Assembly: GCF_947568905.1 (NCBI RefSeq) | Contig: NC_079164.1 | Location: 18,104,001 to 18,168,000, forward strand | Direction of reading: 5' to 3' | Source of the DNA: Ostrea edulis | Taxonomy: Eukaryota | Length of the DNA stretch: 64,000 bases | Shown: one piece after another, positions 9,182 through 21,100 of the stretch | Layout of the letters: every line of letters begins with the position of its first letter | Position numbering within the stretch: position 1 is the first letter of the stretch | Translations under genes and position numbers: made by a program | Notes under the pieces: generated by a model | Seen by the model: only the letters and a program-made list of their open reading frames with translations | Database searches by the model: none | Told to the model about the DNA's origin: nothing

Positions 9182-12100
9182 ATGTCAAATCGTGGAGAGG
9201 ATCGAACCAAAAAATCCGACAGAAGTCCGTTCTCCGTGGACTGGTTGAATTCCTGTTATCAACAGACACTTCTTCCAGATGCACCATGGCATGGGGTGAG
9301 TCCTAAATAACTCAGGGGTCTTGTCGGGGAAAAGTCTCTCCTGTGTGATGGGTAGATGTAATCCATATAAAGAATCTGAAAATATTATTTCCCTTGATAG
9401 TGCCTGTATCAACATAAATATTATTTCCCTTGACAGTGTCTGTATCAACATAAATATGGAAAAAAGATTCTGAAAATATCAATACCATTAAGATGTTTTT
9501 TGATGTAGCATGGATTCACATTTGATTAGTCTTAATGTATATCTTGAAATGCTGATGTTCGCAAAGTAATTTAATTTCTTTGAAAGTTGATCATCTGTCA
9601 GTGATTCAAGTTCATTATAATTCATTGTTAATGTAGATGGAGGATAAGATTTCCCAGTCATTGGCTAGTAAGGTGGAAAAACAGTTTGGTAAGCCAGAGA
9701 GGAAGGAGGCATTGTTGCAGATCCTGGGGGAGCTGTTTGTAGAAAAGTACCTCCCTAAAGCATCCAGGAACCCACAGATACTGGTCAGATATAGATTGTC
9801 ATTCTAATACCATACAAGTCAACATATAATTGATTTCTTTTTAAAAATATGCTGAATAGGTTTGAATAATTTGATTGAGAAAAAATAAGGATGTATGTAT
9901 TTTCATTGTAGAAATTAATTCAATGAACCTGATATGATTTTACTTAAACAGGAACTCCCTAATATGTCTCCTGTGGAGAAACAGAAAATCATGAAGGAGG
10001 CCAGTGCTTATTTGAACAGCCAGATGTACAAGTGTGTCAAGGAAAAGGGCTTGAATGTCATGTTGGGTAAAAACCTTAACACAAGGTGAGATATATGAAT
10101 TTACATATACATCGTATTAGTATTAATTACAGAAACTTTATGATGCATCATCCATTGCTGTGGAAAATCATCTACCATACATGTACATGTATCTCCCACT
10201 GTACACTGCTGTTTTTTCTGCAGTTCAACCCAGCCCAGTGATTATGAACAGTTCTTACAGCACACCTACAACATATTCCTGAGAGGTATGGAGAGGGAAG
10301 AGTACAGACAGGAAAATGAACTCGCAGTAAGTTCTGATTTCTCTGTGAGCAGCTGTTGGTGTACCCACCCCACTGTAAATGAACAGCTGTTGGTGTACCA
10401 ACCCCATTGTAAGTAAGCACCTGTTGGTGTACCCACCCCACTGTAAGTGAGCACCTGTTGGTGTACCCACCCCACTGTAAGTAAACACCTGTTAGTGTAC
10501 CCACCCAATAGTAAGTTCTGATTGATATATGAGCAGCTGTTGGTGTACCCACCCCACTGTAAGTGAGCAGCTGTTGGTGTACCCACCCCACTGTAAGTGA
10601 GCAGCTGTTGGTGTACCCACCCCACTGTAAGTGAGCAGCTGTTAGTGTACCCACCCCACTGTAAGTGAACAGCTGTTAGTGTACCCACCCCACTGTAAGT
10701 GAGCAGCTGTTAGTGTACCCACCCCACTGTAAGTGAGCAGCTGTTGGTGTACCCACCCCACTGTAAGTGAGCAGCTGTTGGTGTACCCACCCCACAATAA
10801 ATCAGATCGCTTTAGCAGCAGTTGATGTACTCATCGTACAGTAAGTTCTGATAGCTACAGTGTATGTGAGCAGCTGTTGCTGTACCCACCCTGCAGTAAG
10901 TCAGAGATATATTTTAGTAGCTGATGTTGTATCCATCCCACAGTAATTGTGATATTTTCAGCTGTTGTTACCTCGCCCCAATGTTTTCAAAGAAGCCATT
11001 GTTGGTAGCCCAATGTCCACACTTCATTATATGTTAACTGAAAAAAGCCCCACATACAGTGTACATAGATCACCAATGATGGAGTTAAAGGTACTTGAAG
11101 GTAACCTTTACAGATCACATGACTGCAGTGCCCTCTGTATTACATGTATTAAATGCGCTACTGAATACATAGATGATCCAAATCAATGCATTGTTAATAA
11201 AACAGAGTTATACACTGAAACTTGATTGATTGACTGGTTTATGTGCATCTTGTTTCTCAGTAAGGTCTTGGTGGTATAAGATAGATAACTATGGCTGTGA
11301 TTTCTTTATTGCTGGTTTACGTGCATCTTGTTTCTCAGTAAGTTTCTTGACGATATAAGATAGATAACTATGGTTGTGCTTTCGTTATTGCTGTAGAAAC
11401 AAAAGTTGGATGATATAAAGCTGGAGAACAAGCTGAACAGAATGCTGAAGATTCCTGCACCTAGTCGTATCAAACCAGCTACTGCTGTGTCCTCAGTGTC
11501 GTCTGCTCCGTCCGATAAACCGAATTCAGCAACAATACGAAGTAAGTGTATCAGACAGATCTTTCACTTTTAAATCTGTTTAAATATGTACATGTATATA
11601 GTTTCATTTTAGAGTAAGTTATTTTCCTATTAATCTAGATAGTTGTGATCATGTATTTTTAATTTTTCTTTAATAGCAATAATTCTAGCTGACTATCCTA
11701 TAGAAAGATACCAAATTTTTAATTTAAAACCAAATTTTATTTTAGTTTCTTATTTTTGCACTGTGTTTTTAATCTGTATACTGGACTTTGGTTTTAGGCG
11801 GAATTCAAAACATTGCTATAATCTTAATTTCAATGTACGTTATATCAATTTAGATTAATCTATTCTTTACTATTGATTTTGAATTGAAGTTGCATGAAAT
11901 GTAATGTGGTAGTAAAATCCTTGGACTTAAAAGTCTGATTGTGTGATAAATTAGAATAAATTTCCTTTCTGTGTGATTAGATGATAAAAATGGTGGTAAG
12001 TGTACCGGCTTATTAAGTGTATCCCAGCTAACATGTCTGGCTGTATTTGTTTGTATACTGCGTGTTTAGACATTTAGCATGTGATTAGACTTAATTAATG

Positions 12101-15100
12101 TAACAGCAGTGTAATTCAGCTGCATGGTATAGTAATTTTAGAAGAAAAGTTGTTAACAACTTCAAAGTAAACACATAACAGAAGTGCCTATCAACTGACA
12201 ATATTTTTAGACATGATGAAATAGTAGTAAATACAGTATAACTGGGTTTTAAGGAATTCCTGAGGACATTCACATTTAATTCCTTATAAGATTCCGCTAT
12301 ACATTTATTAGGAAGTTCCTTGTCTTAAAAAATACATAGCCTAATACTTAAATATGCATGTATATTTACTGTATTGTTAGTAACAAAACTATTTGATATT
12401 CAAAATATCACTTAAAATAGTACTTATTATTTGATAAGCTTACAATAACTGGCATTTCAACTAAGTTCAGATCATTTGAATTGTACTTCGTGATGAATAA
12501 TTAAATTCATACTGGGGAGTACCTGTCACTTCAATATAACTGAGTACCCTATATCCAATTTTAAGTGCTAAGCGTAAGCAACATTGCGCTTGTTGGCCTC
12601 AGTGGATTTTTGATTGATTCAGAGGTGTTTGGTTCAATGTCATCTAATGCTGACTGTGTTTACTTACAGAAAGTAAACTAGTTGCATTGTCAATTACAGG
12701 GAACCAATTTTGGTCATTTTTCAAAAGGATTTCATTTACTTGTTCTTTATGTGTATTGTAATAAATGTACATGATATTTCTTCTCCTTTTCAAATTTATG
12801 ATGGATTGTATGTTTAGAACTGCAGGTAAAAAATAGCTAGTATTAAAACACCTTTTAAATGTTACCATAGTAATGTATACATGCTAAAACATGAGTTTTC
12901 ATGAAATATGAGTATCCACATTTCATGTAAATGTCAAATATTTAAAAAAAAAAAAAAAGAAATCTGAAAATTCACTTAATGCTGCATACTCTTTCCAATA
13001 CTCTGATTCTTACAAAGATTCATGAAGGATATGGGAGGGAATACTTATAAGCATGATTTTATAACTGAATTCCCTTTAATGAGTTCTAGTGTAATATGAG
13101 TACTGTAATGCAAGGATGTTGTATTGATTCATTCAATAAAAGTAATGTAATAAGCAATATGCATCATAAGTACAATATCTCTTTTTACCATGGGGATCTG
13201 AATATAACCAAAATCATCTATTTCCTGAATCAGTAGAGTACTTGTGCATGGTTCCTTGTTATTGTCAAGAAATATGAAACCTACTCTTAAGGATGTGTAG
13301 CACCACAGAGAAATCTGTTATGAAAGGAAAATGGATGATATGTACAGTAATATTGAAAACTTCAAAATCGACTTTAGAGCAGTGTTAGTGGATAGTAATC
13401 ATGGAAACAGTTGAACTTGCGCAAGATTTGATCAACAGATTCACTTAATCTACTGAGCTAACTGGCTAGGCAATTATATTTTTAAAAGATAAGAAATAAA
13501 TTACTGATATTCCTTTGTCCTTTATAGTTGAGAAGGAAGTCTTTTTGACAATGTGTTATCCTTAAGGAAATTTCCCGACATGTAATTTTGAAAAAAGAGA
13601 ATGTCTTTATACATGTACGTGTATTTGTGTGTGTAGATTTTAGTGTACGTTTCAGCATTTGAAAATATCCTATAACAATTAACACCCAGTGTCCTGCATG
13701 CTGGCTGATCGGGTGACATGTTTCTGTTAATGTGACTGTGTGATCTAGAAGTAATCATGTAAAATCACCATTGTTACATTGCTTGAAGGGTTTCAATTGA
13801 AAATGATGTGGATGAAAACAAAAGGCATTACGAGCCAACAGACAAATGATAAAGAAAATGATTTACATGTCAAAAGAAGTTTCTGTGTGAAAATTCAAAT
13901 GATTCTGAAAATATGTTCATTTTATTTGTAGCCATATTTGAGCGCTTTTTGCTCCAGCCCTGTTGCTCCAATGTATATATGTACACTGTTAATACCTGTC
14001 TACCAGATGTAAATGAAAAGGAAAAATCCAACATTCATTTACATATATACATGTACTAACTTAATATACATGTATCATTGAACCTTTGTTAAATTTTGAT
14101 TTGGTCAATATAAGACTTCTTACTATAAACATTTTTACACAGAAAAATTGAAAGGACCTGTATTGTAATTCTTGAAATTAAATGTAGAATTTCATTATCT
14201 TGAATGTAGATCGCTTAAAAACAAAACATAGTGCTATTGTATACTCCACATCATCAGTTTTATATTTTATACGATTCTAGCCATGGTGCATAAAGTAGAG
14301 GGTGACCCACCACCCCTCTGGGGACCCCAGAGTGATCTAATTGGTCGGGCTGTTCAGGCCATTCTGCAGAGGGACCCTAGGAAATTTGAGTATGTGGCTG
14401 GCAAAATGCATGGGCGTCAACTGCCTGGCTCTCTCAGGACATTTATGTGGTCCGATGTACTCTTCCGAGAAGAAAGGAAAAAAATGCCTGAAGCGTAAGT
14501 TAATTTTGTAGCTACAGTATAGGACAAAGATAATGTATTATGTGCAAGAGAAGCTTGATTGCTTTGTCAAGAATGTTATATTATTTTGTTCTTGATATTG
14601 CTTGTAATTTGAATTGTCTGATGGGATTGAAAATAATTGCAGGAATTTAGAGAAAATAATTCGAGAGAGATTCGCAAAAGCAGTCAGCAGAGGCGTGCAA
14701 GAATTAAGAGTCACAAGGGCTACAAACTCCCCTATTGCAGGCTTGGTTGAAACAGCAGTCATAGAGGTAGATTTTTTTTGTGCTCTGCAGATTTACATAT
14801 TTTCCATTACTGAAGAAAAACAGAAGATAGAGTATTTTATTTATAACAGTGTACAGTAAAACAGTTATACCAAACCTTCAGGGCCAAAAACAGTTTGTTA
14901 CAACCAAACTTTGTAATGTAGTATAACTTTTTAGTTATTTTGCCCTCATAGAGGGGATAAATATCACTTTGCAATAAGTGTGAATTCATTAAAAGCAAAT
15001 TTGTAGTAAGTGCATTTTTCTGTACATGCATATATAGCATTATGAACTGTGGGATTTGTTTTACAGACGTATCACAAGACAACCAGTATGGTGGCCTTTA

Positions 15101-18100
15101 AGTCCACAGAGCACATGCGGGAGGCATCACGAGTGCTGAATATTTTGTATGTGTATGACAGAACTTATGAACCATACCTAGTTCACTGGCTGTTCCCCTT
15201 ACAGATAGCCTTCCAAAATTCCTCAGAGAAAACTACAGAAAAAGGTAAATGATGGGTTTTCTTAGAATGGAAGGGTTGATTTATTTTGGAAATACTAAGA
15301 AGTTACTTGACTTTTGAGGAGTATGCATTACATGTAGATTGTAAACTCTTGACATCAACTGATTCAGATTGTTCTAAATTTTACATTTTTACGCTATATT
15401 TTTCAAAGAGTTGCTGTTGAAAACACCATGTGCAATATTTCAATCCAACAGAATATTCCCTCACTTTAACAAGTAGCTTAAGTGCTCTGTTGAGCAGTTT
15501 CAATTTTTCAGAAATTTATAATGTTACTGTTAAACCTGTCTAATCCGACACCTGGGCACTTTTTCACTGTGATTTAAATACATACTCTGTACCTATGTTT
15601 TCATTCCCAATTCTCTTTTTTCCATGTTTTTTATACTGTGCAATTCAACATCCTGTCTAATCTGAAACAAAATTTGTCTCCCAGAGTATGTCAGATTAAA
15701 CAGGTTTTACTGTACTATTTTGTAGGGGAGCATGTGTATGAGGTGGCTATGTATCTTGACTTATTGAACTCCAGTTGTTTTCCCACCTGGCCACAGGTGT
15801 TTGCCATTGCTGAACAGGTGATGATGACATTGAGCTTGTCTGACCCTGACCTTTACACTCATTTGAAATCCATTGCTAAGACAAACATGAAGGTCAATAA
15901 AAAGGTATGTAAAACTTATGCCAAACTTTTTTTTGTTGTTCAACTTAAGCAATATCATACATACAATTTTGAAATCCAGATCAAATATGTAGTACCTTTA
16001 TTTTTCCATGTGAAAACAAAATGAGTGTAAGAATTTTTTTGTGTAACTGTTTAGGAGTTTTTGATGCACCTGATCAGTTCAGAGAAGGCCAAGGCTGAGG
16101 AGCTGTTGAAAGCCACCCCTGGGAGTAAGAGAGAGGAATACATGTCCAATGAATTGTTAGCAGATCCACTGGTCTTCATCAGGAGGTGGATCGGAGAGGT
16201 GCGGATCTTAGTAGAAACTGCTCATTTCTCTGATATCATCCAGTACATGTATGTACTGTGTGCTTGTTTTATTTCTTTGGCTTTAGGTTGGTATTTTTGT
16301 GACATTTCTTCAACACCCTCCCCTTACACACACACACTCACTCAAAGTATTATAAGATAATGTTGAAATTATGATTATAGATATTCTATAAGATCAAAGA
16401 AAAACTTGAAAAAATCTAAATTGCAAAATCAATAAAATTATGCAAAATTATTCATGTACTTGTGTTTTATGCTCACTGCTAAATTCTGCATCAGCAGGGG
16501 AAAAAAAAACTTGGTTAGTATTAGGTAGTATTTTCTCTGCTAAACTTCTTACTAATCAGTTCACTTGCAAGTTAGACATTCATATGGTTATTAAGTGTGT
16601 GATAGACTGCTCTTCATACATGTACTTTGAATGTACACTGTACATGGTACTTATGATGGAAGAAATTAACCCACCGCTCACTCCATTCAATCTGATTTCC
16701 CAACTTTTAAGTTTTGTGATGAAAAAGTGTTTTAAAAATTAAAAGTCTGCCTTACATGCAGATATGTGACCAAAAATCCGTATTCTTTTCCAGGGCTTTG
16801 TGAGTGTGCTGGACACACCAGCTGTGATGTATATCTGGGATCAGTGTTTCATGCAAGGCTGGCAGCCGAGTGTCCTAAAACACACCAGTCTGGCCATATT
16901 GGAGCTGCTCAGGGAAAAGTTCATGAACGCTCGTGATTACTCGCAAATGAAAGAGGTATGACATCGGGAACTGAAACATGCTTTAAGCACAGGTTTTATA
17001 TTTATGATATTTATAATTATCTTACTCATAGAACATGCGACAGTGCGTGAACGTTGTATGTCAATTCCAGGTTTTCCTACGAGACTGCTGTAAGCTCTAC
17101 ACAGTTGACGTACAGATGGCCTGGATCCATTTGGAAAATGGGAAAGATCTCTTGGAAATTCCATACCTGAACAGACAAAGACCAAGGTCATTATCTCATT
17201 GTTACATTAAAAACCTTTATGTTCTCCATTGGAGACAACAATTTCCTCTTACCAACAACCAGTTCACTCGGGTCCTGCAGCTCCATCATTCTTCTACGTT
17301 TGTATAACAGTACAAATACTTGGTGTTGAAAACATCATTTTAATAATGACAAGAAAAAAAATTAGAGTCAAGTAAAAAAGCACAAAAATTGGGAAATCAC
17401 TGAGTATCTAAATACATCAAAGTGGCAATGGGATCTCCCTACCTTATTACAAAGCTGTTTCATGTTATAAAAGAAAAATAAAGTGGCATCAACATTTTAA
17501 CAACCCACAATTTTAGCAGCAACCAAAAATATATGCAAGAAGGAGGAAGTTTGGGGTTTTGGAGGGTAAATTTTCCAGCTTAGATGAGCAACACAACACT
17601 TGCTTTTGATATTTCGTTGGTTTGAAAGTGAGGATCACATGTTGAGGATCACATGGCATGTGATGCCTAATCTCACTGGTTACTGATGATTCTGATAAAA
17701 ATAAACTGTGCAAACAGGAATCATGCATGAACATGTGTGGTGATTTAACTTGAACATCAGAAATGATTAATAATAAAGGATACACTGTGATCATATAAAA
17801 CATTTTATTGTAAAATTTCATTTTCAAATAAAGCTTAAGTTTTTGTCATTTTGTCACTCCTGTGAATAAACTCCTTGGCAATGCATTGTCATCTGGACAT
17901 TTAGAGTGTACAGTATCTGTTTTGTAAATTTCATATGAGGGAAATGTTCATGCAGGCCTGATAAACAACATACATGTACAATTATTAAGTCATGATCTGA
18001 ATAAAAATATGATTTATCTGAAACAAAGATTTCTTGATATTCATGTTTTAGTACACCTGGGTCAAGGATGTCACAGGTTCAAAGTGCCCCGCCCACTCCA

Positions 18101-21100
18101 GGTATCCCAGGATTCCTCAATCCATGTGGGGTTAAAGACATCATCCTTCGCCTCATCATTCCTTCAGAGGTGGTGGAAAGGGTAGGTCAATTACGTGTGT
18201 CCTAATGTTTCCCGTAGAGACAAATTTCATCTTGGCGATACACTGAGGTGTGAGGCAGTTAAACTAGTGTAGACATGATGCAACAATTTTAATTGTGACA
18301 TCTTTAGTAAAACTTTACACTACAAAGAAGAAATTTTGTCTTCCCAAAAGATTAGATTTATAAGGACCATACACACTTCTGTTAAATTAGAAGACAGTGC
18401 TACTCATTTGAGAGTTGCTACCAAGTTCAATTATGGATATTTCCTTTCAAGTGCACATTGTTGTTTCGTGAACAGCTGATTTTCTATTATCTCTTTATCC
18501 TTAGAACAAATTCATTGCGAACTTCTGTGATTTAGTCTCATTTCTGTAGTGTTTTTAGTAAATAATGGGGGGGGACCAACTGAATAAGAGATATACATCA
18601 ATAAATAAAAATACATGTAGGGAGAGTTAATACATGAGAGTGAGAATAACTAGCCTGTCCTCAGATTATTGAAAGGTTGAGTTTTACAGATGACAGAAGC
18701 AGAGTCTAGTTATTCCTTTATTATGTACTATGACCTACAGGTGTTCAGACTACTCTGTAACTTTTGTCAGTTACAACTTTTTTCCATAGTTTGAAAAAAA
18801 AATATCTTGATATTTTATTCTACTGGAGAAGAAAATGGTCCTTTCAAATTTTTCAAATGAGGGAATTGAATGGAGTGATATTTCACTTTGCTGTTAATTT
18901 CACTGAAAATATAGTCGCCCCTAATTCTAGTTTCCTCATTTTAGCACTGGAAGTATGAAAAAGTAAGGTGGCTTTATGATCCCATATTTCATAATTGAAG
19001 AAAATACACATACGGCACATATCTAATTTGTCTGAATGATGACAAGAGTCTATCCTTAATTGTTTTCTACAGGAGCAGTGGTTAACAAATGTGGATGCTG
19101 ATGGCCTACAGATCCACGTTCACGCTTACTTTGGAAGTGTAAAGCTCCGATCACGTCTCTCCATGGGAAAAGCTGTCACTACATCTGTAACCAAGGACAA
19201 TTACGGAAACACTATATACGAGGTCCACTTCTATGAGGACAAGTTTGTATTCGATAACCTCGACATTTCTGAACTTGATGTAGAAAGAGAGTTGGGTGCC
19301 TTTCCGTATGCCATTGTTCGTGTGGAGTACCGAAAGCCAGGTCCTGAGGCATTCAGTAAGTTTTGTTGTTTATTCATTGGTCTTTCTTGCCGTATGAAAT
19401 TAAAACCTCTTTATATCTTGAATCTTTGTTTTTTCCGCCAAATATAGAATATCAATTTTTTGTGTTACTTCATGAAAAACTTGATAAAAGAACTAATCTG
19501 ATTGATTTATTCAGTCATGTGATTGGAGAGTATTAGTATCATATTTCCCAGGAATAAAAACTGTGTCCCATCTCTCCAGAACTCTTCTAGCATCTCTTCT
19601 ATTGTAAAGCACTGTGATTTCGTTGTCAAATGTCAAGAGATTCAAACAATGAAATGATATATCAAAGTCAAGTTTTTATTGCAGATGTCATTTGGGTATA
19701 AATAATATTGTATCATGGGAATATTTGAGGCATATGAAGATTTATTCACCCCCCAAAAATTATATCATTTTTGTTCATTGTGTAGATCTTCATATACCTC
19801 TTACTATTGTGCATTAAATGTATAGTTTTTCTTTTTAAAACATGATAAAAATGTGTATGCACAGTCCATTAGATGAAATAAACTAACCGTTATTGTGAAT
19901 TTCAGGAATCAGTGTGCCTCTGGGTTGGGCACGGATCCCATTGTTCCAGCGTGCCTCACGAGGAGGAAGGTCGTCGGCGGACTCCCTGGCTAATGTGGAG
20001 TGGTCCCTACAGGACGGAGACTTTGTGTTCACAATCCATCCCGGAGCTCTACCCCAGAATCTGATTTCTTCTGACCCAGTCACCCCTCCACCCGAAGATC
20101 AGCAAGAGGGTGTGTATACGTGTATCAAAATGATAATGATTTTGACATAGGTGTAACTTTTGTACTTCATAATAGTTAAGCACCAAACTGTTCTTATTCA
20201 AGGAGCTTTTTTTTTATGATGTAATGTTAAGTCACAGTTGTTTGTTTGTCACTTCAGAATCACATAAAACTATCTTGTGACACAAAACATGCAAGGTGCT
20301 TTGTGAGTGTTCTGTTCACGAGGTATTTGTAAGTATTTTGTATCTATCTAACTTTGTATCAATTCTGTAGACACTGTTCTGGGATACAACTCGGAGTTGG
20401 TTGCTATTGTGTATGATCCTCGACGGGAACCTGAGGGCAGGGCCAGACCTGTCGGAGTGACCCCTATTCCCACACTGCCTGCTGGGTCCACACAAATTCC
20501 ACCTCTTGCTACCCACTCTCCTAGGCACAGTCCGGTTCAGAGGAAAAGGTCAGTACCAAACATTAAATCTTCCAATGCAGCTGATGTAAAATTTCCAGTT
20601 TAGTTTTTAATGTTTTCTATTTAGACTTGAGGAGGTACTCAACATCGTCATTATTGCTGACTTCCTTTTAAAACATGGATGAAAATATAAATATCAGCAA
20701 TATTTGTCTATTCATTTCAAAAATCATCACCTAGCTGAGTAGGTTAGCTCATCGACTGCTGAACTGTAGATCGCGGGTTCGAATCCAGCAGGGTTTTAAA
20801 TTTTTTTCAGATTGCTTTCTACTAAAGCTGCATTTTTTTTTAACTAAATAAAGTACATGTAAATTTGAAAGTTTTCAAATTCAAAATATTGTTGTACATA
20901 TCCTCAACTTTTCATCCATATCAAATTTCTCTGGTGTAGCATACCTCCTTACCTTTTCTCTTCCTACATGTTAATTATGACTTGCTAAGTTTCTCCATGT
21001 TTTATTTTGGTAGTCCCAGACCCAAGCCAGCCCCTAGAAGGACCCCTGTCCAGAAGACTCCACAACCCCAGCAGACTGATGAGCCCTGGGTGGAGCCAGA

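Noticed and set aside
10172-10688. Three overlapping minus-strand ORFs (77-160 aa) with repeated GGYTN/VGTPT motifs
   Set aside because: They are translations of the 34-bp minisatellite, open in several frames at once, antisense within an intron.
11239-11393. Duplicated tcttgtttctcagtaag as a recursive splice site
   Set aside because: The AG and GT overlap (AGT) rather than forming the AG|GT junction required, so it is kept only as a tandem duplication.
12483-12547. Possible C/D-box snoRNA (GTGATGA at 12490, CTGA at 12540, gtac terminal stem)
   Set aside because: Short, no clear C'/D' boxes, and I cannot match a guide to rRNA or snRNA. Such motifs arise by chance in AT-rich introns; snoscan or small-RNA data would be needed.
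20728-20800. Functional tRNA gene
   Set aside because: It has A/B boxes but no complete acceptor stem, and it continues into a repeat body found elsewhere in the window.
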